Assembly: GCA_963701295.1 (NCBI GenBank)
Contig: OY969585.1
Coordinates: forward strand, 2,784,001-2,848,000
Direction of reading: 5' to 3'
Length of the DNA: 64,000 nt
Source: Ignavibacteriota bacterium
GTDB lineage: Bacteria; Bacteroidota; Ignavibacteria; UBA10030
Of this stretch, positions 1 to 10,534 are shown piece by piece. Made by a program: the position numbers and the translations under genes. Each line of letters starts with the position of its first letter. Positions within the stretch are counted from its first letter, which is position 1. The notes below the pieces were generated by a model. That model saw only the letters and a list, made by a program, of their open reading frames with translations, was not told the origin of the DNA and did no database searches.

Positions 1-280
1 CATGATGATCAACATATCTTTTTATGTAATTGAAATAGGTTGAATCACTCGTTGCGCCCCACATTTTTTCCATGGCAAACATGACATATCCACCCTGCCA
101 GCTAAAACTATTTGTTTGTCCAACCCAGTGAATATTTTCGGGGTCAGGGACTTTGGTAATAAAACTCTTAGCAATCAATACAGAATATTTCTTTTCGGAC
201 ACCTGAACCACCGATGAATACTGTAGGAACAGGAGTTGTGCCAATAAAGAAAGAAATATTACGATAGTCGATTTCATCAT
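1..280 (-). CDS. GH105/GH88-like unsaturated glycuronyl hydrolase, N-terminal part (runs off window)
   Basis: Not in the ORF track. Manual translation from ATG 280 (RBS AAGGAAG) gives a signal peptide, then SWQGGYVMFAMEKMWGATSDSTYFNYIKRYVD, typical of the GH105 N-terminus. Confidence 0.6.
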   Translation of the reverse strand, partial: MMKSTIVIFLSLLAQLLFLQYSSVVQVSEKKYSVLIAKSFITKVPDPENIHWVGQTNSFSWQGGYVMFAMEKMWGATSDSTYFNYIKRYVDHH

Positions 281-310
281 ATCTTCCTTATGATGCATCA
301 AATGATTGCA

Positions 311-2200
311 TCAATTCACAACGTCAATTGTATCCTGAATCTTAATATCAGAAGAAGAAGTACCGATCATAATCTGTACCTTATCTTCTTCGACCACAAA
401 GCAATGTTTTTTAATATTCCAATAGGCTAGGGTTTCTGCTTTTAATGGAATTTTCACTGTTTTGCTTTCGCTTGGTTTTAATGTAATACGCCTGAATCCC
501 TTAATTTCTTTTAAAGGCCGCTCAACATCTGAGTTGAGATGCTTTACGTATACTTGTACAACTTCATCCCCTATTCGATTTCCTGAATTCTGAATTGTCA
601 CCCGAACCACAACTTCACCGTCCGATTTAAGTTGATGGGAACTGACTTCTAAATCTTTATAGCTGAATGTTGTATAACTCAAACCGTATCCAAACGGAAA
701 TAGAGGTTCCCTCTTGAAATACATGTATGTGTGCCCGTTTCGAATATTATAATCCATCATCGGCGGCAACTGGTCTAAAGATTTTGGCCAGGTTTGCACC
801 AATCGGCCTCCTGGATTGTAATCACCGAATAGAATATCGGCAAGTGCATTGCCCATCTCCTAGCTGGCATGAGTCATGTGGAGAACAGCCGGAACATTTT
901 CCTGCGTCCAGTTGATTGCATAGGGAAAACTGCTCACCAACACAACAACGGTATTCTGATTTACTCTATACACTTCTTTTATTAATTCTTCTTGTTCGAG
1001 GATAATCGTTTGTCTATCGACCGCTTCTTTACCATCGCTTGGTGTTTTGCATTTTCCCCAGCCAGCATTATCACCTGTAGGATGGTTGCCAACGCATACA
1101 ATCGCTACATCCGTAGTCCGGGCAATCTCAACTGCAGCGCCGTCTGCATTGTCTTTTGCATACTTTACTTCCACGGAATCACCAACTTTATTTTTTATCC
1201 TGACTAACGGAGAAATTGTATAGGGAAGTGTTCCGCTGTACCAATCTAAAAGTACCACATCTGCATGCGACCCGATAACTGCAATAGATTTGATTTTCTT
1301 TTTATCAAGAGGAAGAAGGTTTTTCGAATTCTTAAGTAAGACTATAGTTTTTTGTGTTACATCCCTTGCAGCTGTATGGTTCTCTTTTGTTGTCCAGGGG
1401 TCTGTAGTATCACTGACCCCAATGTTACTATACGGAACAATTTCGGGTGGATCGAGCAAGCCAAGTTTTATCATGACTCTGAAAATTCCGCGAATTGCGC
1501 TCTCAATAGTAGATTCCGTTAAGTACCCTTTTACAATTGCACCATCGATGCTGCCACGGTATCTATCAAGGAATTGATTAATGCCTGCCCGAATACAATT
1601 TGCCGCAGTGATATTGCTGTCAGCAAAATACTTATGAGCCGCCATGAGCAATCGAAAGGCACCTCCGTCTGTACAAATAACTCCATCCTGCCCCCATTCA
1701 TTTACTGTCATTTCTTTGAGAATCGGATGAACAGTCATAGGAATTCCATTGTAGGAATTGTAAGCCGCCATATAAGCACGCGAGCCATCTTCAACAATAC
1801 CTTTCCAGAACAGACAAAAAATATTCGCGCAGCAATCTTTTATCAAAACTCAAAGGAGCACTATCACGTCCGTTTTCATTACTGTTTGCAAGAGAATGTT
1901 TCATAAGTGAAGCTGTCTGACAATAATATGGATTATCACCCTGTTATTCTTTTATAAATATAACAGTCGCAACGCTGTTAATCCAGACATCCTCGCCGTA
2001 ATATTCTTCGGTACATCTCCATCGCGGATCGCGGCTAAGTCCTGCATTTGGTGCTCTCACAACCAGTCCGCCTTTTCGATATTTCGGAGAGTGAAACAAT
2101 ATTATTGACTCGTTCTTCTATCAAAAGGTCTAGATTTTGAAACGGATATTTCTGTGCCAGCAGAGTCCCAGAGATGGACAGCATACAAGTTGATTTAACA
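311..2200 (-). pseudogene. Decayed GH3 beta-glucosidase/xylosidase
   Basis: Fragments 860..1846 and 311..856 are in the same frame, separated by TAG at 860-862 (HAS*EMGNALAD). Upstream remnants GGLVVRAPNA.LSRDPRW..TEEYYGED and KYPFQNLDLLIEERV are broken by stops, frameshifts and a deletion. Confidence 0.85.
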
Positions 2201-2749
2201 AATTTTAATCGTTTCGCTGCATCTTTCTCCACCGAGTATAATTGTTTCATCTATTGTAACCTTGACTTTTTTCTCAAACAAGGTTCCAAAGAATTCTTGC
2301 ATAAAACTTTTACAACAATAGTTGCACAAAGATTTTGGGGGCTGTTGCCCCTGCGCATAAGCACAATCACATGGCACTTTTCTCCCGATCACTTTTATTA
2401 CCGACTTTTCAGAATCAGACTGAATATTTTCCCAGCGGCTGGATTTTCCATTGTTGACAAATTCGAGAAGACTGTCCAGATTCATACTTTTTATCCATTT
2501 CTCTGCGTTTGTACAATGGAAACATTCGTAACCGAGTTTACCGAATACTTTTTGTTTTATTGACTCATCCATGTCACCATCGACAAAACTTAAAAGTTTT
2601 GTAATTTGCTCACGGTTTTCATCTCTGACAGATTTGTTGATGTTTGTTTTGCTTACCTGGGCGTTGAGTTGTTTATCAGGAAGCGACAAGGATAAAAAGG
2701 AAAGTACACCACACGCTGAACATTTTCGAATAAATTCTTTTCTTTTCAT
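2195..2749 (-). CDS. Cys-rich exported protein (DUF6144-like) with Tat-like leader
   Basis: MKRKEFIRK leader; conserved Cys pattern CDC...LCNYCC...ETIILGGERC. Confidence 0.5.
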   Translation of the reverse strand: MKRKEFIRKCSACGVLSFLSLSLPDKQLNAQVSKTNINKSVRDENREQITKLLSFVDGDMDESIKQKVFGKLGYECFHCTNAEKWIKSMNLDSLLEFVNNGKSSRWENIQSDSEKSVIKVIGRKVPCDCAYAQGQQPPKSLCNYCCKSFMQEFFGTLFEKKVKVTIDETIILGGERCSETIKIC

Positions 2750-2859
2750 ACGATTCTCCCTTAGTTTTTATCAGATCGGACTATTTGTATGCGGATGTAT
2801 AATATACATTTCACCTGAATTTCTCATTTGAAAATATTGGGCTATCATAAGCACATTCA

Positions 2860-3873
2860 TCATTCTAAAAACTTTCTTATTAGACATTTTGCCTTGTAGT
2901 ACGTTACCTCACCTGCAATTGCAATGATAAGCTTATCATCAGGAATAACGATAACATACCCATAGTGGTTGCCATACCAACCTCTTGCAGCAAAGGCTGG
3001 TTTCAAGAATTCATTAATGATCCACCAATGTAAACCATAATTATCATCTTCTTCGTTTACATCAATTTGTTTCCTGGTTGCTTCATCAACCCAATTCTCC
3101 GGCACTATTTGCCTGTTTTCCCATTTGCCATGCTGAAGGTATAAATACCCTATTTTGGCAATATCCCTGAGTTTAAAATATGAACCCCATCCACCCGTTG
3201 TGATGCCTTGCGGACTCTTTCTTGTCCAATTGACTGAGTCGATCCCCAATGGTCTAAAAAGTTTATCTTTTGCATATTCTGATGTAAGCATTTTGGTTTG
3301 CTTTTGAATAATGGCTGACAGTAAAAAACTGCCTCCACTATTATAGTTAAAAACACTTCCTGGTTTTGATTTCATTTTTTTGCTTAAAATGCGGGATACC
3401 CAGTCAGATTTTAAATTATAAAGACTATCCAAGTCAATTTTATCGAGCCATGCCAATCCACTTGACATCGTCAATAAATGCTTGATTGTGATTTGCTTTT
3501 TCAATGAGTCTTTTTTATCGATTTCCGGAAAATAATCAATTAAGAGATCATCAATGCTCTTTATATAACCCTCAGAAATGGCTATTCCGATTAATGTGGA
3601 TGTAATACTTTTTGTAAACGAATGCATGTTGTGATAACAATCCTCAGGATATTTATCTGAATAGTGTTCAGAGATAATAAATCCGTTCTTGATGATGATA
3701 ACAGACCCATCATCATTTAGTGAGTCTACAAAGGAAGATAGAACCGTTTGGTTCAATCCCTGTTTTTCCGGATTTGATCTTTCCCAGCCGTTTGTAGGCC
3801 AATATTGAGCTTGGCCATTTACAAAATTGAGAAGAAAACATGAAATAAAAAGAAGAATAGTTTTTGTTTTCAT
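2860..3873 (-). CDS. Serine hydrolase, beta-lactamase/AmpC-like family
   Basis: Signal peptide, SFTK (SxxK), LLTMSSGL, FNYNS motifs. Confidence 0.85.
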   Translation of the reverse strand: MKTKTILLFISCFLLNFVNGQAQYWPTNGWERSNPEKQGLNQTVLSSFVDSLNDDGSVIIIKNGFIISEHYSDKYPEDCYHNMHSFTKSITSTLIGIAISEGYIKSIDDLLIDYFPEIDKKDSLKKQITIKHLLTMSSGLAWLDKIDLDSLYNLKSDWVSRILSKKMKSKPGSVFNYNSGGSFLLSAIIQKQTKMLTSEYAKDKLFRPLGIDSVNWTRKSPQGITTGGWGSYFKLRDIAKIGYLYLQHGKWENRQIVPENWVDEATRKQIDVNEEDDNYGLHWWIINEFLKPAFAARGWYGNHYGYVIVIPDDKLIIAIAGEVTYYKAKCLIRKFLE

Positions 3874-3995
3874 ATATTAAAAATTTTATGCTTTAGTTGT
3901 TGTCTTTATCATTTTTATACTTGAACTCAAATACTTTATTATTCTCTAATGACTTGATAATAAAAGTAGAGACATCTGAAATATTAGAAAAGACG

Positions 3996-4080
3996 ATCAT
4001 TGCGAGACGTTCTGTGCTGAAACAATCTCGATTTCTCTTCGATTCAAGGATAGAGCCTGCTTCGCTTTGCTCGCAATGAC
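3996..4080. repeat. Intergenic palindromic element (GTCATTGCGAG...CTCGCAATGAC type)
   Basis: TCATTGCGAG 3997-4006 pairs with CTCGCAATGA 4070-4079; degenerate internal GAAACAATCTC and GCTTCG segments. Confidence 0.7.
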
Positions 4081-4094
4081 ATTTCATAAACATT

Positions 4095-6524
4095 TTATTC
4101 GGAATACAGCCCTACTTTCCATGTAACCTTTCCACCAAATGGATCTGTTTCCATTTGAAAGGCACCATCTTTTTTCAATAAGGTTATCTTATGCAGTACT
4201 TTATCCGACGGTAGGCAAACCAAACTATTGACTTTCTGTGAATCAATTGCATAGACGACAAGTTCCAATGTTGACCAATCCATCTGCATAGTAGATTGAG
4301 CAAGTGCAATGTGTGGTATAACAGAGCCATCTCGCACCAGAACTACAATAGGAGTTTTCCCTGCATCGATAGTATGCCAACCTTCAGAATATGCTATGCC
4401 TGTTTGATAGTCAATCCATTGGCCGGGCGGCAGATATACACTACGCCTCGTTAGATTCTCAAAGAGCGGTGCTACCAACATATCGGAGCCAAAAAGATAT
4501 TCATCATCTATCAACCAGGAACCTGGATCGTTGGGATATTCAATAAAAAGAGCACGCAACATCGGGAGACCGCGCTCTGTACAGTCTTTTGCCTGAGCAT
4601 ATATATACGGCATAAGTTTGTATCTCATTTCATCCGCGAGCCGGAATACATTCATAAAATCTTCTCCATATTCCCATGGTTCTGTCGGAGGTGTACCATG
4701 ACTTCGGACATGGGAAGTCAACATACCAAATGGAGTCCAGCGGCGATATATGTCTTCCGGTTTTTTATTGACAAAGCCAGCAATATCATGCGACCAGAAT
4801 GAAAACCCGCAAAGACCGATAGACAATCCAGCTCTCAGTGTGGCTGCCATGGCAGTATTGGTATTAGCAGGATCGCCGCCCCAATGCAGCGGATAACGTT
4901 GACTGCCTGCCCACGCACTGCGTCCCCAAATTATACTCTCTCCTGTGATTTGCTTGGTAATTTCCGCAACAGCTTTGTTGTATCGGAGCGGATACAAATT
5001 ATGCTCGTAAAATCCGGTTCGCCCCGAGAAATACAAACCATCTGGCGGTGCGGCTTCACCAAAATCTGCTTTGATGACACCAACACCCTGACGTAATAAT
5101 CCTGCAATTTTATCTTGATACCATTTTATTGTTGCAGGATTTGAAAAATCGAGAACAGCATCTTCATAGGGAAGGTTGCCTTTTCTATCTTTTACAAATA
5201 GATTTTTCTTGATAATCTCTGGTAATAAAGTATTCTTGGGAACAAAATAGGGCAGCTGCCATAAGCTGGTATGGAAACCATTTGTTTTGAAATCAGCCAT
5301 CATCTTCGCAGCATCTTTAAAACGGGTTTTAGAAAACTGGTAATCACATCTCCAGTCGGTTTCGAACCAACCCGTATCAAAATGAATTACATCACTTGGG
5401 ATCCGGTTATCCCTCAGCTTCTTTGTCACTTCACGTCCTTCCGTTTCTGAGAAATAAGTAATCCGGCTCATCCAAAAACCAAAGGACCACAACGGTGGCA
5501 TACTTGCTTTGCCGGTCAAATTGGTATATTCATTTAGAATATCTTTTGGTTCACCAAGAAAAATAAAAAGATCTGCTTCATCATCACCCATCATGAGGGA
5601 ATAATTGCCACTATAGTATTTGCCAAAATCACAGGTAATAGGAGATGATGTATGCATGAAAACGCCATACCCGCGGCTACTCATAAAAAATGGAATGGGC
5701 TTATACATCGATTCGTTTTGAACTCCGTTTGCATCATCTGTCCACAGCACAACCTTCTGACCTCTTTTGTTGAATTCCGTGAACGACTCGCCACATCCAA
5801 ATATTTTTTCATCGGGTGATAAAGAGAATACGGCTGCCATACTTGTGGAATAATCTGATGCTCGACGAACGAAAGAAAAAGGCAGCAGCGGCGTAAACGT
5901 TTCCGAACCGTCCGAGATATGAATGGTATGTGTAAGCAACTTTCCCCCGGCATCGCGTATTTCAATACGCCATGGAGATTCGAATATAGTTACCGACCCA
6001 TACGGACTTGCATAACGATGACCGTGATCTATTTTACTGTATTTCCAGGCACTATTATCTTGCGGTGCTTTTCCATTAACCAGCATCAGTGACTCTTGAT
6101 CCGGTTTAACCTGGAAGCGGGATTCGACTCGAATGCGCACAGTACGTGATGAAGTGAACTCAATAGAAAAAGGCAGAGCCGGTGAAGCAGCATATTCCTG
6201 CGTTGGAAATTCATTAGCCGCAACAGGCCTTAGCACTGCGAGCATATTATTAAACGCTTGGCGGGTGAAGTATTCATATCGTCGGTACGTGATTTCGCCC
6301 TTACCCGTTTTCGGATCGAACGTAGAAAGGCTATCTGCGACATAGTACGTATTTGAAAAATTTCTAAAATCGCCACTGATGTCAACAGGTTCATTCAGCA
6401 ATGCTTGATTCTTGTCTGGAGAATGCATTGGAATTTGAGCTGGCATAATACGGTAAAAAAATGCAATAGATAAGATCACAATAGAAGATCGTACCTGCAG
6501 AAAAAAAGTTTTCCTGATACTCAT
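4095..6524 (-). CDS. GH31 alpha-xylosidase-like glycosidase
   Basis: YKPIPFFMS, IHFDTGW, IKADFGE nucleophile region, HWGGD, WSHDIAGF. Confidence 0.9.
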   Translation of the reverse strand: MSIRKTFFLQVRSSIVILSIAFFYRIMPAQIPMHSPDKNQALLNEPVDISGDFRNFSNTYYVADSLSTFDPKTGKGEITYRRYEYFTRQAFNNMLAVLRPVAANEFPTQEYAASPALPFSIEFTSSRTVRIRVESRFQVKPDQESLMLVNGKAPQDNSAWKYSKIDHGHRYASPYGSVTIFESPWRIEIRDAGGKLLTHTIHISDGSETFTPLLPFSFVRRASDYSTSMAAVFSLSPDEKIFGCGESFTEFNKRGQKVVLWTDDANGVQNESMYKPIPFFMSSRGYGVFMHTSSPITCDFGKYYSGNYSLMMGDDEADLFIFLGEPKDILNEYTNLTGKASMPPLWSFGFWMSRITYFSETEGREVTKKLRDNRIPSDVIHFDTGWFETDWRCDYQFSKTRFKDAAKMMADFKTNGFHTSLWQLPYFVPKNTLLPEIIKKNLFVKDRKGNLPYEDAVLDFSNPATIKWYQDKIAGLLRQGVGVIKADFGEAAPPDGLYFSGRTGFYEHNLYPLRYNKAVAEITKQITGESIIWGRSAWAGSQRYPLHWGGDPANTNTAMAATLRAGLSIGLCGFSFWSHDIAGFVNKKPEDIYRRWTPFGMLTSHVRSHGTPPTEPWEYGEDFMNVFRLADEMRYKLMPYIYAQAKDCTERGLPMLRALFIEYPNDPGSWLIDDEYLFGSDMLVAPLFENLTRRSVYLPPGQWIDYQTGIAYSEGWHTIDAGKTPIVVLVRDGSVIPHIALAQSTMQMDWSTLELVVYAIDSQKVNSLVCLPSDKVLHKITLLKKDGAFQMETDPFGGKVTWKVGLYSE

Positions 6525-6739
6525 AATGTCTCCTCACTTTTTTAAAATTACAGCGATTGCAAAATTATTTACATTGATTGATATAGAGATTTTTTCTACA
6601 TGCTTATCTTATAATCTGTAAACTAAAAACTTAATCTGGATCAGTACTTATATGTAATTTATCTTGATTCAGTATCCTTACAGAAATATGAATTTGTTTT
6701 CTTCCTCTGATTAAAGCTGGCCATCACTTGTATTAGGGC

Positions 6740-8482
6740 TCATCTTTGATGTATACAAACTTGTACGGCGCCGGGATACCCCGGTACAACACTCATCAAT
6801 TCCATAGGATTATTGCATTGCAATTGTCTTACTGCACGAAAAGTAACACCGGCATTATGAAGCCGCTCGCCGAAGGGTTCGCGGAAATATTGGAAGTTGA
6901 CCTCAACTTCACCGCTTTGCCGCAACAATGCCATTTGCTTATTGGTCGTGCGTGTGGCTTCGATCTCCCACTGGAAATGGGCTATGGTTACCATAGCTGC
7001 ATTGACCAGCAGGATGGCAGCAAGTCCGTACGCCGCCCGATGAGCTGCACGCCAGCCGGGGATTGTAAAGATCGCAATGATAGCAACAATGGGCAGCCAC
7101 CAAAGTTGCGGGCCATACCGTGCCCACCAAGTGTGGTTACTTATGAGCACTGACAGAACAATCGTAGCTGCGAGTAGGATAAAAATTTCACGCGGCAATC
7201 CTTTTCGGACAATTGCAATTCCGAGTAGCAACAGGCCGATGAAAAACGCGCCACTGAAGAATGGGCCAAAACCCGAAATGCGCACCTCATGGAAACGGAA
7301 GACACTGAAATCGTTCCAGCGTACATTGAATGGCCACATAAGACATGCATTCTCCCCGTTAAAAAAAGTCTGTGGCCCGGGATGGCCGAAAACTGCGTAT
7401 GCAAACCGGACAAAACGGCTGCGACCAACCATATTATGGGGCGTCTCATACATCTCGATCGGGTCTTGTCTTCTTTGGCTTAAGCTGGGATAAGCAGTAG
7501 TACCAAGCATCGGGTAAAAGGGATGGCCTCGATGAATAGTATTGGTCACATACGGATTAAAGCCAAAGACTATCGTACCAACCACTAAGAATGTAATCTG
7601 GATAACTGCATATCTCCACAACAGATCGCGCCGCCTCATAAGAATATATAATTCCCCAGCGACGATTAAGAAACAAATATATATAAGCCCTGTCAACTTA
7701 GTGTTAATGCAAAGAATCGCGGAACTCATTGCAATAATAAGAGCCAGCAGACTTGGCTTTCGGAACCAGCTGACCATCGCTGCAATAAAACAAGCCAGAA
7801 ACGAGACCAGGAGGCCATCGACAAGATACGATGCCAACTGGCACGTCACAACAGGATTGAGAGATACAAGCGCAGCGATGAGTGCCGCTTTGCCTCGACT
7901 CATCTCGAAGTCAATCAAAGCAGCAAACAAAGCAAAATATGTCGCCACTAATGCTAACCACGGAGCAGCTTTTGCCATTTCAATATCATGTGTCGTTTCA
8001 AACAGAGTTAATGCTAAATACCATGGCCCTTTAGCGTAATAGCGTAACCAATCCTGAAGATGAGGAACAAAGTTATGCAATGGATCATAGATTGGATTCC
8101 ATCCGTGTGACATTTGATAGACAGCGGTCTGATGGTACCACAAGCCATCCCAGGACATGTCGAAAAAAGCTCTCGCTAGAAACAAAGCTATGGCTACGAC
8201 AACAACCACTATGACGGGTATTGTAATTCGTTCCAGATCGCGTATGCCTTCACGTCGAGCAAACCAGTCGCCTGCGGCCAGTGAAAGGAGCAACGCAGTC
8301 GGCACCACGAAGGGTGAAGTGCGCCAACCAACACTGAAGCAGAACATAACGATAAGATGTGTTAGACAGAAAAAGGACAGTAAGATCGCCGTGACAGACC
8401 AGCAGAGCGTTGACAGATGACTATTAGGATTTGGCGTATTAATGTTCTTGTTCATGAATATTTCTATGTCCATAGACTCCAC
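6740..8482 (-). CDS. Polytopic membrane protein, possibly GT-C-like
   Basis: More than 10 hydrophobic segments; DMSWDGLWYH loop after the N-terminal helices. Confidence 0.5.
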   Translation of the reverse strand: MESMDIEIFMNKNINTPNPNSHLSTLCWSVTAILLSFFCLTHLIVMFCFSVGWRTSPFVVPTALLLSLAAGDWFARREGIRDLERITIPVIVVVVVAIALFLARAFFDMSWDGLWYHQTAVYQMSHGWNPIYDPLHNFVPHLQDWLRYYAKGPWYLALTLFETTHDIEMAKAAPWLALVATYFALFAALIDFEMSRGKAALIAALVSLNPVVTCQLASYLVDGLLVSFLACFIAAMVSWFRKPSLLALIIAMSSAILCINTKLTGLIYICFLIVAGELYILMRRRDLLWRYAVIQITFLVVGTIVFGFNPYVTNTIHRGHPFYPMLGTTAYPSLSQRRQDPIEMYETPHNMVGRSRFVRFAYAVFGHPGPQTFFNGENACLMWPFNVRWNDFSVFRFHEVRISGFGPFFSGAFFIGLLLLGIAIVRKGLPREIFILLAATIVLSVLISNHTWWARYGPQLWWLPIVAIIAIFTIPGWRAAHRAAYGLAAILLVNAAMVTIAHFQWEIEATRTTNKQMALLRQSGEVEVNFQYFREPFGERLHNAGVTFRAVRQLQCNNPMELMSVVPGYPGAVQVCIHQR

Positions 8483-8540
8483 TGCCTCTTTTTACTTAAT
8501 AGTGTTTTCATAGTTGTTCTAATTCAAAACTGATATCTAT

Positions 8541-8562
8541 AAAAACTGGGGCCGCGCCCCAG
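8541..8562 (-). terminator. Rho-independent terminator after the GH35 gene
   Basis: CTGGGGC-cgc-GCCCCAG hairpin followed by T5 on the minus strand. Confidence 0.7.
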
Positions 8563-8583
8563 CATTTGTTTGTACAATAACAA

Positions 8584-10359
8584 CTATTTATATCTATAAA
8601 GTGAAATTTTTTGAATGCTGATCTGATTACTTGGAAGTTTCACGCCAGTACCGGACGATGTGCTCGCATGAACTTCGTCTCCGTTTAGTCTTCTTTCAGA
8701 AACCAATTTTCCATCCTTAAAAGTCAATTCATCAACTGCATTAACCGCAACACGCAATGAACCTACCTGTCCGGCAGGAAGGTCATCTTTAGGATTAAAG
8801 AAGACATCAAGTGCCCTGCCGGCGACAATATATTCCTGTGGACCAACGTTAATAATAAGACCACCCGCTATGTCTGTATTTTCTCTTCCTCCAAGTTTGG
8901 CTTCAATCTTATAATCTCCTAATTCAAATTGTTGGATGGGTAATAACGTATCAACGAGAATTCCTCTCATAGTTCCCATGCCCTGGTGTTCAAGAATAAT
9001 GGAAGACATATTTTGCAGTACTGCATAAGCTTTATCTAACGGATCGTTTTCCACATTGCGAGTGTCATCGATTCCGAAGGGAGAAAAACATCCTGCGTTG
9101 TGTTCACCGAAAACATAAAATGCCCTGGCGGCACCAATATCTCCGCCCCGGGTTTCTGGTATGAACAAGGGATTTCCGCTTCTCGTGTATTCCTGACATG
9201 CCCAGTTGAAATCATCCATATAAATATCGGGAGCCATGAAATCAATGGAAGGAGCGGCAGCCCGCCATATATCCAGTACCTGTGGCAAAGGCCCTCCTGA
9301 AGGATATCTTCCGGGCCAGTAGCTAAACGGTTGTTTGAGCCATGCATTCACATACATAGGTATCGGGTATTCTTTCTTTCCGGCCGCTGTTACTTTTTCA
9401 ACATATCGGGCATAATTCCATGCCGAAAAAAGTTCTTCCGTATAATAGGAATAAAATTTCCAATCTTTCATTTCGCGTCTGAATTCACTTTTACCGAAAA
9501 TCTCTTCCCACGATCCGGTAGTTTTGAAACCATTTGCCTTCCATACTTTATGCAACTCGGGGAATAAGCTTTCTTTATGTTCCATCAGATAGTTCAGCAA
9601 CTCTTTAGGAACGGGACCATTGTATGCTGTATTGGCCTGATCGCAGAAATCTCTCCTTGCGTTGCCTGGATTTTCTGAAACCTCTTTGCCCCATGGATCT
9701 CTTCCCAGATTATCAAGTACGCCCACTTCATTTTCAACCTGCATCATGACAACCGTCTGTTGTTTAGAATCTACTTCTTTGATATGGCGCATCAGTGCTG
9801 CAAATGCTTTGGCATCTGCTTCGCAGGAAGCGTCTCCGAGTGTTGATAAGATTTCCAGAGATTTCCCGAGCTCGTCCTTTGCACGCGGATATTTCCCATA
9901 ATTTTTTTTCACCCAGGAAGGAATGTAGACAGAACTTGCGTTCTTCCAACTGGCGAACCAGATGAGTACTAATTTAAGATTTTCTTCTCTCGCACCTGCA
10001 ATTATGCTATCCACCAATATAAAATTAAATTGCCCTTCTTCCGGTTCAACGAGTTCCCATGAAACCGTAGCAATGACTGAATTAAGATTCTTCTTTGCCA
10101 ATCTTTTCCATACTGGCCTCATATAATCAAATCCTCCGCAGGTAGAATTATGCAGTTCACCGGATAGAAGAAGGAAAGGCTTGCCCCCAACAATAAGTTG
10201 GGTTGCTGTACCTTGCTTTTTCAAAAGCGGAATTTGTGTTGAATAGGTTTGCGATTCTTGATTTGAAAGATTATTCCCGGTTTGACTGAAACTAGAGACC
10301 GCGAATACGAAACACATAGCAAAAACAATTCGGCAGAAATTCATGGTATGTACCTCCAA
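8584..10359 (-). CDS. GH35-like beta-galactosidase with DUF5597-type C-terminus
   Basis: GELHNS, WELVEPEEGQF, MMQVENEVG, YPSGGP, APDIY, LFIPE, RRLNGDE motifs. Confidence 0.85.
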   Translation of the reverse strand: MEVHTMNFCRIVFAMCFVFAVSSFSQTGNNLSNQESQTYSTQIPLLKKQGTATQLIVGGKPFLLLSGELHNSTCGGFDYMRPVWKRLAKKNLNSVIATVSWELVEPEEGQFNFILVDSIIAGAREENLKLVLIWFASWKNASSVYIPSWVKKNYGKYPRAKDELGKSLEILSTLGDASCEADAKAFAALMRHIKEVDSKQQTVVMMQVENEVGVLDNLGRDPWGKEVSENPGNARRDFCDQANTAYNGPVPKELLNYLMEHKESLFPELHKVWKANGFKTTGSWEEIFGKSEFRREMKDWKFYSYYTEELFSAWNYARYVEKVTAAGKKEYPIPMYVNAWLKQPFSYWPGRYPSGGPLPQVLDIWRAAAPSIDFMAPDIYMDDFNWACQEYTRSGNPLFIPETRGGDIGAARAFYVFGEHNAGCFSPFGIDDTRNVENDPLDKAYAVLQNMSSIILEHQGMGTMRGILVDTLLPIQQFELGDYKIEAKLGGRENTDIAGGLIINVGPQEYIVAGRALDVFFNPKDDLPAGQVGSLRVAVNAVDELTFKDGKLVSERRLNGDEVHASTSSGTGVKLPSNQISIQKISLYRYK

Positions 10360-10534
10360 TTAGTAATTCACGCTAGGCATGAACTGAAAAACAATAATCG
10401 TCAGTGCTCAATTCTAAAGAGCTTTGCTATACATCAGATGGAAACAGGACATTATCTACTTATGATACAGTTTGGAATGTTCAACATTCTGTTTTTTTTC
10501 AATCTCGAAGAAAAAATGACCACGAGGGACCCTC

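Noticed and set aside
860-862. TAG readthrough or recoding in GH3
   Set aside because: The same gene has further stops, frameshifts and a deletion, and TAG is a normal stop in other genes here.
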